A DNA stretch of 64,000 nucleotides from Chrysomallon squamiferum (Eukaryota > Animalia > Mollusca). This document shows positions 41,009 to 54,664 of the stretch, one piece after another. The translations under genes and the position numbers were made by a program. The first letter of the stretch is position 1; each line of letters starts with the position of its first letter. The DNA is taken from contig CM022666.1 in the NCBI GenBank assembly GCA_012295275.1, positions 1,798,001 to 1,862,000 on the forward strand, in the 5' to 3' direction. The notes under the pieces are model-generated. The model was not told the DNA's origin and did not search any database. It saw nothing but the letters and a program-made list of their open reading frames with translations.

Positions 41009-41250
41009 GAAGAAAAAGACATGATACAGAAAAATTATACTCGTGATGACGTTAGTTAGTTAACAAAGTTGAAAGAGAAAAAAGAAGGAAAGAAAGAAAG
41101 AAAGATAGATAGAAAGATAGATAGACAGATATTTTATTTTTAAATTTTTTTTATTTTTTTTAATTAATTTTTAGAAGAAAAAGACATGATACAGAAAAAT
41201 TATACACGTGATGACGTAAGTTAGTTAACAAAGTTAAAAGAGAAAGAAAG
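41009..41250. repeat. Direct repeat, 165-bp spacing
   Basis: gaagaaaaagacatgatacagaaaaattatac..gtgatgacgt..gttagttaacaaagtt at 41009 and 41174. Confidence 0.8.
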
Positions 41251-41399
41251 AAAGACAGATAGGAAGATAGACAGGTATTTTATTTTTAAATTTTTTTTAA
41301 ATTTTTAAATTTTTTATTTATTTATTTATTTTTGTTTTTTAATTTTTAAATGTTTTATTATTTTTTTATTATTATTATTATTTTTAAATTTTTAAATTT

Positions 41400-41430
<31 letters not shown>

Positions 41431-42806
41431 TTTTTTATATATTTTTATTTCGTATATTGTAATTACTATTTCAGCATTTACTTATTATAACATTTGTCCC
41501 ATTTCACATCACTCACTCACAACGTTAATCGCCCAGCATTACGTCCATTTATCTTTCCATCAGTTATTCATCAGACAAGCCCAGCGTATTTCATTTCAAG
41601 AATTTATGCAAGTCATAATCAAATAAAAATACCAGAGCCCCACGATTAACAAAAGTGATATAAATTTGTCCTCTCTCTCTCTCTCTCTCTTTCTTTTTTT
41701 TTTTTTTTTTTTTTTTTCTTTTATATTATAACAATTATCGGATTTTATGAAAAAAAAAAAAAAAAAAGTATTTCGGGTATGTTATTATTTTCTTATTAAT
41801 ATGTTTAAGTTCCACATACGTGCACCTCAGAAATTTCGATTGTCCCTCTCCTAAATTACATTTCTCGTGATTGAAGAAACATTGATTCAGCGGAGTCATT
41901 GAAATTTATTTTTAGCTCCAAACGGTAGGCGGGCGGGCGGGGGGTGGATTAGCGTTGGGCGGGGTAGGGCACAGAGCGATGGGAAAGCGGGTAAGAGTCA
42001 AGGTATTAAATAAAGATCAAAATAAAGATCAAGAGCTGTAGAGGGTGGATCTCGAAGCAGGTGGTTGACAAGAAAAGGTGAAAGAGAGGGAGGGGGCGAT
42101 GATTTGGGAAATTTAATAACAAATAATTACCCACACAGAAAGGTACGTTGGAGTCAATATATATATATATATAAACCAAGATGATATAACTTACGCTAAA
42201 GCGGAAAGATGGTGCGAGTTTTCAAAGCTCCCCAAAAAGCGAACGACAACTATTAAAATCAAAGGGTGGGGCGGATAATTCGATAGTTGTAATTGAATGG
42301 GAGGGGAGTGTGGTAGATTTTCAAAGCTGAACAGTTCCCATATTGTCAAGAGTTTGAATAAATGTGCGAGCGACTATTCAGTGACACCCCTAGTTTGAAA
42401 GAAAAATGAATACGTGCTATTTACAAGGTCAGTAACTATGTACGGATATCCAATGCAACGTAGTGACGTCAGAAGGAATGATATAACACGTTGCAGTGAA
42501 CGCCGTGTACCGTGTAATGCAAAACGTCCTCTGTGAAAAAGCAACGAGAGTTTTGCCGGTGGTTGCTGTCAGTGACTTGTGTGTTTTATTCAATGTAACT
42601 GAATTATGTTTCGCACGGTTTAAAGGAAGATCGTGATAATAAGTGTTTTATTTGATTCTTATCAGCGATTTGATTAAACTTTGTAGGGAAATTTTTTTTT
42701 TTACATGAGCGCATTCGCGTTTTGGCACGTTTATGAAACACTGGGTTTATAAATAAATACAAAAGTATTACTAATATGTGTTTGTGTGTGTGTTTATATA
42801 TGTATA

Positions 42807-42899
<93 letters not shown>

Positions 42900-42916
42900 A
42901 TGTATGTATACGTGAG

Positions 42917-42949
<33 letters not shown>

Positions 42950-42956
42950 CTATATG

Positions 42957-42989
<33 letters not shown>

Positions 42990-43262
42990 GTATGTATGTA
43001 TATTTCTCTGTGTGTTTGTGTGTGTGTGTTGTGTGTGTGTGTGTGTAAGATGTGTGTGTGGGAGTGTGAAAGACAAAGGTTGAAGGTGTGTGTGTGTGTG
43101 TGTGTGAGAGAGAGTGTGAGTGTGTGAGAGAGAGAAGATAGATAGAGAGAGAGAGAGAACGGAGATTAATGGAGAAACTGAGAGAGGAAAGAGATAGAGA
43201 GAGAGAGAGAGAAAGAAGGAGAGAAGGACAGAAGGATGGACAGGAAAGAGAGAGAGAGAGAT

Positions 43263-43386
<124 letters not shown>

Positions 43387-44298
43387 TTTATTTAGCATAA
43401 AACGTGAAACGCTGTAGCAAATAATTTTAATTTTACCCAAGTTACCCATAGTTCCAATCGATAATACATAAATGATTGAATGACTAATTAATTAATTCTA
43501 GAAAAGATAGCCAAAGTAACTATAAGTTAAGAATCAGGAAATGTTTTGTTTTGGAAGGTTTTTTTCCAATTTCTTTTTTCTTTTCTTTATTTATTTACCT
43601 ATGTATACTTTTATTTGTTTCGTTTTGTTTGTTTATTTATTTGTTTTGTCTCCAACATAACAACATACTAAGATAATAATAATAATAATAATACAAAAAT
43701 TCTAACCTTGACTGTTATGACACACATAAACATATACAACGATTGTTACTGGTCAATTCATAAATACAGTAGCCAATCACAGTGTTTGTTCCATAAATAG
43801 ACATCTAGGCGTTATGAAGTAGAGAACCTGATATATTTTCCTTTCTAGAATGTACTTTTACAGTACAACTGTTTCAGATGACGTAATGTCGTATGACAAC
43901 TGCAACAGCCACAGCAACATAAATAAACATACCGTTAGTTTGATTACAGTGGATTTATTTTTTGTTTCATCATTGAAAAATATAGTAATAGTTGTAGTTG
44001 TAAGAACAGTAAAAGTAACTGTAGGAGTAGTTGTTGTAATTGTTGCTGTTGTACTACTGGTAGTCGAAGTTGTGTCGCTAGTGGCAGTTGTGGTGGTGGT
44101 AGTAGTAGCAGGAAGACTTGTAAGAGTAGACGTAGCAGCAGTAGTAGTGGTAACTGTAGTATTAGTGGTGACTGTAGTAGTAATATTTCTAGTAGTATTT
44201 TTTGTAGTAATAAAAACAGCAAAATATAAGTATGTATGAAATTATCATAACAATCATCAGCTGAAATATTTAATACAAACCAGTATCATGTATAAACT

Positions 44299-44350
<52 letters not shown>

Positions 44351-44910
44351 AAGAGAGAAATATTCAAGTTCTAGAGAACAACAAACATACTAAACAAACA
44401 AAATTAACATTCTCAAAACTACGTACCTGACAATAGTTAAAAAAATATCCTCCACTCGAGTTTCTACAGGTGTCTGTTTTTATGAATGAATTATTTCAGT
44501 GTGGGTGTTTGATATTATCATTTCGCCTAACCAATCAGGGTACGTTCGCGATAGCGTCATTGTGCCGACATCAAAGAAAGTGACCAATCGGGTGTCACTG
44601 CTCGAACGTGCGATAGAGATCAAGCAGATTCATGTGGCGTTTTTCTTTGTTAATTCTTTGTCATTTTTTTTTTATTATTATTTTTTTTTTTTTTTTTTTT
44701 TTTTTTTTGTATCTGTCATTGTAGGGGTAATTGGTAAGCACTTAAAAATCGCTGACCTGGATTTCATGACACTTTGTTCATGATGTCTTTTAATATATAA
44801 ATATCAGTAATGAAGTCTTTGTGCACATGGAAACCGATTAGTTAATCGCGTGTTTACGACGCTAAATAACAGAACGAACTGAGATAAACGAGTTTGTGTT
44901 TGTGTGAGAG

Positions 44911-45226
<316 letters not shown>

Positions 45227-46149
45227 AAAAGAGAGAAAGACAGCGAGAGACAGAGATAAAAAAAGAGAGAAAGAGAAGAAAAACAGAGAGGGAGCGAAAC
45301 AGAGAGACAGAGATAGTGAAATAGAGAGATAGAGAGATAGAGAAACAGCGAGACAGAAACACTACTACTACTACAACTATTACAACTACTACTGTTACTA
45401 ATTACAACAGCTATTACTGCCACAAATATTACTAATATTACAGATACTATTACTACTACTCCTATTATTATTATTGCTGTAGTTCTTCTTGTTGTTATTA
45501 TTATTATAATTATAATTATTATTGTTATTATTGTTATTACTGTTATTATTAATATTGTTGTTGTTGTTGTTGTTGTTGTTTTTATTATTACTGCATCTGT
45601 CTGTCGTTCACTTTTGCTTACATCGTAATTTAAACATTGCAGGACACGCACGTTATAATTTAGGTGTATGATTTGCTAGGTAACACGGTCTGATTTAATC
45701 GACGTAGTTATGTAAACAAAGAACTGTCAGTAACTGGCAGCCAATCAAATTTCTCCTGTCCGTTCGCCCGTAAATATGTTTGTAGTTTATTACGACACAT
45801 TGCGAGATTATTTTCTTAAAATTCCTGTCGGTTATTAGTTGCGTTTTGGCCCGAAGCCATTTTATGGAACGAAGATTTCTTCATAATGGAGGACAGTATT
45901 ATTCGACTGTTTCGATTTGGTGTTGTTGAGGATGTTGAAGTTGTTGAGGTTGTTGCTGTTGCTGCTGATGATGTTTCTGATTTTTTTGCTAATTGTCCTG
46001 TTTTGAAGATTTACTGCATTTATTATTATTATTATTAATTAATTTTTTTTTAAATATATTTGATCTGTTTATTAGTGTATTTTTGTTATATGTGTGTGTG
46101 TGTGTATGTATGTAATGTATGTATATATATATAGATAGATACAGTTTTT

Positions 46150-46189
<40 letters not shown>

Positions 46190-47136
46190 TTACCTTTCAT
46201 TAGTTCGTTTCTTATTCTAATATTATCACAGGTGTTGACATTTATATTTTATTCCATATAGTATTTTTCTTTTCCTGTTTCTTCCATGACTTCAAGTTCA
46301 AGATTTTTTTTTAAACAAACAAACCAGAACGGTAACGACCTTTAACCTTGAACTAGACGACCCCGTCCTTACCTTGCATATGTAAATAAATAAACAATTT
46401 ACCTGGAAATGTTTATTATGCACTTCACAAAAACTGAACTGAGCAATACCCCCAAGACATTATTAGTTCTGACAAAAAAGAAAACGAACAACACCAACAA
46501 ATCTGTTTTCCTTTCTCACCTGTTGATTAAAATATTATCCATAAAGTAAACACAAAGTCCAGGTAAAAAAGTCAGGGCGTATCCAGGCATATCCGAAAAA
46601 AAAACGTATTTCAATCTTCAGTAATAATTGTAAAAATCACTGGCCTAAATTTAATACAGGCTGAATATGGAAACCGTCTGTTTCTTTAAAGTCACAATTG
46701 TAAATTATTTCAGAATTATTTTTCATAGAAAATACGATATGGCCAATGCTTGTTAATTAAGCGAATGAAATGGAAATGTAACTATGAAAGTAATATCCTT
46801 GGTTCCAATAAATTAATACTGGCTGACATGCCCATCGTAATTCTGAGAAGAAGAAAATAAATCTGTTTTTTTGAAAGAAATTATAATAACCATTACATCA
46901 CAATTCCATGTTGTAATAAAATAAAATAAAAAAAAATAAAAAATTTAAAAAATAAAATATATATAATAATTTTAAAAATCCCGACTAAAACACAAGATCA
47001 TTATCCCTCTTGTTAATCAAAGTGAATGCCCACTCTCTGGGAAGGTACAAATAAAAAATATATTTAGCTTCTATAATGGAAAAGAGCTTTTTCGTAACTT
47101 TAATATGAAAATTATTATATAGTTTGTCTGTAAACG

Positions 47137-47241
<105 letters not shown>

Positions 47242-47516
47242 TAACATTTGTGGTATTGTAGATACTATAGAGGGTGTGGGTGAACATCATTCCCACAAGA
47301 CAAAATAACATTTTATGAATATTTTCAGCCACTTTACCCACCTACAACAGCTGAACGAAAATGATTTTCTCATCCCTGAATTACGTTATTAATTCTCAGA
47401 GATGTTTAATATGCACAATCACAAAAGCACAGTCTTATTCACGTAGCTATGAACAAATCAACCACTGACTCACTTAATTAGTAATAAACACAGTCATATA
47501 ATACACTACGTATAAC

Positions 47517-47595
<79 letters not shown>

Positions 47596-48052
47596 TAAAC
47601 TGGAATAATTGTGTATCTGTCTAGTAAGAGGTCGTGATTATATTAAAAGTGCTTGTGTTAATTAATACTACAACATAACACGATCGCTAGTTGTAAATTA
47701 TTTCATATAGTCGAATCGTGACTATTTTCAAGGTCTACGGTAATTTATTTATCAGTCTGTTTAATATTATTATAAGTTAAGAGTACAGCTGATCTTCGAT
47801 AGCTTAGTTCTCATATTAAGCGAAATAAAAGAAAAAGAAAAAAAAAAAAAAAAAACAAATAAACAACAAAATGACTTTCAATTTGACAAGACGTTTGGTG
47901 TCGTCTGGAAAACGTAATGTAAAACCGCTGTCCTTTTAATTAAAATCCTCCCTCGTAAATCCAGTTAATATACTGCAATACAGTACTTTATTTATCACGA
48001 CGAATTTACATTTACTGATTTTTTTTTTTATTATTATTTTCTTTTTATAAAT

Positions 48053-48107
<55 letters not shown>

Positions 48108-48248
48108 AATAAATAAATACATAAATAAAATAAAAATAAATAAAATAAAATAAAATAAAATAAAATAAAACAAGTTGTAGTAGTAGTATAGTTGATAGTA
48201 GTAGTTGACAGTAATGGTAATAGTAGTAATAGTAGTAGGACTAGTAGC

Positions 48249-48304
<56 letters not shown>

Positions 48305-48403
48305 TAACTGAAAAATAACTGAAATACAATTCTTTCCAAAAATAGATTAATTTCTGTGAAATTTTCGATTGAGACTGAAATTTTCTAATATAGCCAAAGA
48401 GAC

Positions 48404-48556
48404 AAGGGGCATAACTAGGATTGATGGCGCCTTAAGCAAATTAAAACATGGCGCCCCTTAGAAACTAAGTTTTGCTATTTTTAACGATAAAGATGCCGCC
48501 CACAATTTATCGCCTCGAGGATTTGCCCAACCTCCCCCATCCCAATTACGCCACTG
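48404..48556. mobile_element. ~150-bp hAT-like MITE
   Basis: Imperfect TIRs aaggggcataact / aattacgccactg (CAGTGGCGTAA type); internal ggcgcc repeats; flanks aaagagac / aaataggt may be a decayed 8-bp TSD. Confidence 0.5.
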
Positions 48557-49004
48557 AAATAGGTAAGTGTATTCATATTTTGAATTTTTAAATTTGTCCA
48601 AAATGCTGACAAAGATAAACATCTAGGATTTAAAAAAAAAAAAAAATAATAATAATAATAATAAAAATATATATATATAAAAAAAAAAAAAAAAAAAAAA
48701 ATTAAATTAATTATAATAAATGTTTAACGATACCCCGGCACGATTATGTGTTGGGTGTCTGAAGTCTGGAAATTCATTTATATAAAATTAAATAGTAAAA
48801 TACTATAAAAATTCAAAAATTTTATAAAACACAGTGTAAAAAAAGTTGTGCAAATGTACGTTTTATTATAATTTAAAGAATAAATTTTGGTATAATTAAA
48901 ACATTAACACACGATGATGATAATAAATTATGAAAGTTTAATAATCATAATGAAAAAGTTAAAACTAAAAAAAAAAAAAAAAAAAAAAAAAAAACAAACA
49001 AAAA

Positions 49005-49044
<40 letters not shown>

Positions 49045-49516
49045 AATTAAAAAAAATTATTTATAGCTTAGACATTCCCAAAAATATTTGTAAAACACAT
49101 TTCCTGCATTTGGTTTTATTTTTATTTTTTGTTACTAATGTGGGTTTTTTTTTTTACACACACCTCATTAATTCATCATCATTTCTGTATAAAAAGTTCA
49201 AAACTATTTCCCGTACAACTGTTGTTTGATTTGCAAATATTACAAATGCACATCAAATGAACTAACAAATCTTCAGGGAAATAAATTTATAAACTACCAA
49301 CTTGAGTGATGGTAAGCTGGAAACCATCCCAGTCGTTTGTGACAAATAGCATGGTACGTAAAGAAGAGAGAAAGACAGATATTACGAAAGAGAAGTAAAT
49401 GGGGAGGGAGCAAGAGAAGGAAAAAAAAAAAAAAAAAGAAGAGAGAAAGCATGAGATTAAACAATGGGTAAAAAATAAAAGTTAAAAACGTTGAAACTGG
49501 CGAGAGAGAGACAGAC

Positions 49517-49612
<96 letters not shown>

Positions 49613-50326
49613 ATTCTGAAAAATATATAGATGTCTTACATTTAGACACAGACAAACTACAATATGCTATATATACTTACACAGAGTATCCACGAACTAC
49701 TGACTGTTGCCACTCCACGTTCGAGTGTATTCAACAAAACTCCAATAGCTTATGGTCATGCTTTGACCATTTCGCGATCCCTGACAGCTGATTATGGACT
49801 TATCTAGGTCTATATACTTTAAATATACTCCCGATTGCCATTTTGTGCATCGGTCCGTATAACTTTCACTGTTTGGTTAGTTAAGAAGCCGTTTGATTTC
49901 GCGAAGCTTTGGTTGTTCCCAAGGTCGAAATTTTTTTTATATTAAAAGAGATAAGATTTATAGAATCTTGCCAGACAATATAAACAAAGGATTTGTTTTA
50001 TTTGTGTCGGCATATAAATAATAAAGTAGTAGAATAAATTTATAAGCTATAATGCGTTATATGCTTCATTATTTTAATTTTTTTTTTTTTTTTGTTCTCT
50101 GTTTAGTCTTAATATAAAATAAATAAATAAATAAATAAATAAATAAAATAAATAATAATAATAGTAATAATAATAATAATAATAATAAATCTTCAAGGTT
50201 TAAATAAAAAGTTCCGCCATTAATGCAGTGACGTCACGACCGGGTTAAAAAGTTGCAAAATGGAGACGTTCATCAACATCATTTTATTGTTATTCTTTGT
50301 AAAAAGCGACGTTGGCTCGTCCAAAA

Positions 50327-50388
<62 letters not shown>

Positions 50389-53300
50389 AATATAAATATA
50401 AATATATAAACAGCATTGCTAGACAATTTATTCATACCGACGTTTCTTTTTATTCTCATCGATCATTTACGTACGCAGACAGAAAACACATACCACACCG
50501 TCTTCGATAAAACGATCTCGGAGCGCCTGGTATGAAGGGAAATAACCCAGATGGGCGCACGCAGGTTAAATACTTTTGCATACGTGACTGCCGTGTTTTC
50601 ACGATTGTTATAAGCTCAACTGACAGAAAGTCGCGATTAAATTTGCGCCCGGTGTCTTTTTGATCTTCCCTCACAAAGAAATGTGTCCTTATTTTACAAC
50701 TCGGCATGCTCCTAAATCAACAGCAGCAGTTCTGAAATATTTACACAAAGTTATTTATAAACGATGACCCGAACTCTGGCGGGGACAGGTTCTGTTGAAA
50801 AAAATACGTCACTGACCCTTTCGCGATGATGGTTTCTATTTAACTTGAGAAATGGCATGAAAGAGGAAATGCGATAATGATTAAGTGAAAATAAATCTAA
50901 TTAAATGTCTATTGTTGTACATTTCGATGCCGTGTAATTGAAAAACGGACGCAGTGAACTTTTCTTTTCTCTTTGTTTTTCCTGTTATTTTCAATTTAAT
51001 CCAGCTTTTCTTATTCTATATTTTATCGTGCTGTTTCTGTACTGTTATTGTAAGGGATAGGTGTAGGACAAAGTTTGGGAGGTCCCCATCTCTCTCTCTC
51101 TCTCTCTCTCTCTTGATATTTTATGTTAATCTGAGCTATAATAAGTGCAGAATAACATTTATCTTCTATGTGGGAAAATCTTATTATTTATTATAAATTA
51201 ATTAATTAATTATTATTATTATTATTATTATAAATTTCCCTTTTTCCCTTCATGTTTATTATTTTATTTATTTTTGATATACGGATTATGAATAAAATAC
51301 CATTCTTTCAGTTACAGGTTGTAACAATTTTTTTATTTTTATACATTTATTATTATTATTATTTAGTTTTTTTATTTTGGTAAAGGCAGGAAATCAACAT
51401 AAACCAATTCTTCATTCAGCATTTTCTAAAACACATCTACTAAACAAATATCATGCTCAAAAAAAAAAAAAACAACAAAAACTGCCAAAAACAACAACAA
51501 TAATAAAATAGTAAAAGTCAGAAAACGTATATTTATTTCCTTTTATTTAAATTTTTTTGTTTTTTCATGTTGCACACACGATCCCATGCATTTGGCTGTA
51601 CAGTAGTTTTAACAATTTATTACACAAAGCTGATTTAGCCAAAAAAAAAAAAAAAAAAAAAAATTACATCAAGAATCTTTGAGCTTGGACATCATTATCT
51701 CTAGTTAACTGTTCAAAATCGTCAGAATGGATAAGTGAAACTTAGTAAAGAAGTAGAATAATAAATAATATGTCTGATACACTGGCACCCTGTAGCTGTC
51801 TGGTGTACCTGTTATCTGAAAGGCACAGTGTATGGTGTTGTGTGTGTATTATGCACAGGCATGACCGAATGCAGTTGAGAATGGTGGTAATGATGTTTAA
51901 CATGCAGATGTGTGCAGCAGAATGTCGACAAAAGCAGAGGTAGCAGATTCAGAAATGGTAAGTAACAGAATGGTGTTAAACATTTCCTTGTTAAAAAAAA
52001 AGTCTGTACATTTGGAGTTTTGAAGGTAATGCATTTAAAAGTGTTACTTAATTTATGCCAAACTTAAAAAAAAAAAAAAAAATTCCTTAATATTAATGAA
52101 AAAAGTGTTTTTAATTTTGACCAAATGGAAATTGTATCATAACAAATTTTTATATGCTTTGTTATACTATATATTTAACTTTTTTCCTTCCTAAAATTAA
52201 GCATATTAAAAAACCAAGCTGTGAAATTGAAATATATTTAATTTCATGTCAAATACCTTACTTACACTATAATTACTGTCTATAATTCAAGCGACTGTTA
52301 TTTTTTTAAAATTAATACGCACAACCCCTTTATATATCTAAAAAAAATTTATTGTGTATTTCATCATTAATTCATGAAAATTCATCCTTAATCCTGTTTG
52401 TAGCCTCTTAATTCTACTATTTACTCTCAACACTTAACCAAACTACACTTTCATCATCTGTTTTATCTTTTATTTTTCAGTGCATCCTTGCTAAATTATT
52501 AAACACCATTCAGAATGGAAGGATGAACAACATTTAAACAGCACTGCTGAAAGGCTTACGAAATGATTTGATTTTCTTCAAATGTTTTCCATTTTAAATA
52601 AATTTTATTTCGTTACAAAAGCACCAATATTTTTCTATAAAGCAGGCAGCATACATGACTAGGATAGTTTTAAGTAATAAAATTTGCATGTGTTTCTGTA
52701 AATTCAGTTTGTGTTAATTAAGGTGCTGTTACAAGCAGCATGTGCATATGTGTTATGTTACAAAAATGTTTGACGGTTTGATATTTGTTAAAAACATCTT
52801 GGGGAAAATCAATCTCACGAGCTATATGTTATAACAGATGAATTAGTATGTTTACTTGAATTCAAAGATTTGATAATAAAAATAAAATAAAATATTAATT
52901 GACAATGTTCTGGAAAAACAATGTTTTGAGATTTTATTCAAAATCTGTTCTAACATTTACTTATTTATTTCATCATCATCATTATAATTTATTTATTATT
53001 AAAATTTTATTTTAATGTTATTTTAATCTATAAAACACAATTTCTCTAACGTCTGCTACTTATGTAAAAACATTTCCCAGACCATATCATGCATATCAAA
53101 ACCAGTTAATACCTGCAGAAAACTGATGATACAGAGGTTATTCGATGACTGATATAATAGCAACTTAAAATTATAAAAAGAAGAAAGAAGTGTACATAAT
53201 GGAAGACATTTAAAACAAGACCAGCAACATAAAAAGACTTTTGCACAATGGTTTAATGGATTATACGATTCAGCCTATATCAAAAAGAAAGAAAAAAAAA

Positions 53301-54535
53301 CAAAACAAGAAAATGATTGCACTTATAAATCTCATTGACAAAATAATAATAATAATAATAAAAGAAAGAAAGTTCATATATCACAATAGTGCAAGCCTAA
53401 TAATGTACATACAAGGGGAAATAATCCAGATAATTTTGCATTACATTTTTTGTTGTTTTTTTGTATTAAAAAAAATAAAGAATAATAATAATAAAAAAAA
53501 TTAATATATATATATATATATATATTTAAATTTTTCTATTAAAAAGTTAAAAAGTAAGAAAGTAAATAAACTAATTAATTAATATATTAACGGAATAATG
53601 ATAATAATAATGATAATTTCTATTTCAATGAAAATGAAATCTGATTCTGGTAATTCCCATAAATGGAAAACAATTCAGAAGAAATGTCCACAATGGACAC
53701 TGTCAAAGACACATTTTCTAATTACTCAGGAAATTTACTTCTGCTGTGCAGTAAGCATTTAAAAAAAAAAAAAAAAAAAAAGACATGAAAGAATTAAAGA
53801 AATGGGTGATTTCCTGTGAAAATAAATGGTTTTAACCCTTGTTCAACAGTCAGGAACCATAACTCTTCCACAATATTATACTGGATTATTCCCCCTTGAA
53901 CATAAAACTAAAAATACATAGCGTCTTCTGATAGAATCAAAAAATCTAATATTTTTCGTTTGTTTTTGTTTTTTGTTGTTCTTTAATAAAAACAAGAGCT
54001 GCAGTTATATTAAATACAGAAATGAAATACATGTGTACAAAACAATGGACACTTCCACTGCCCACTTTGAATAAATACATAATTTTGTGTTTATATACTT
54101 TAAAATACAAAGAAGGTCTATATACAGTATTTACAACACAGATTTATATTACAAACACAAGCAGAAAGAAAAAAAAAAAAATTAAAACAAAAAGATATAA
54201 AAAAAACAAAAAAATGGTAGTCGTCATTTTTAGACATTTGTTATGTACAAAGATAAAAATAATATTAATTTGCATAACAGTAAAATTGGTTAAACACTTT
54301 TCTGAACTGAATTGTTTTTAAGAAGAACAAAATGATGATATTAATAAAATAAAATAAATGTTTTTTGCTTCTTTTAAAAAAAAATTTAAATGTATAAAAA
54401 TAATGAAAAAAATAATAAGAACAGTAAAATACCAAATTTACAAAAAGAAAAAAAAGGAACTGTAATTGAGATTCAACTTTACAGAGGTCAAAAGAAAATA
54501 TTTAACTATTTAAAAGAAATTTCTGTACTGAAGTA

Positions 54536-54664
<129 letters not shown>

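Noticed and set aside
48721-48765. tgtttaacgataccccggcacga..ttgggtgtc, resembling a gastropod interspersed repeat
   Set aside because: Too short, and recognised only from memory; needs a repeat-library search before it is called a feature or used to name the species.
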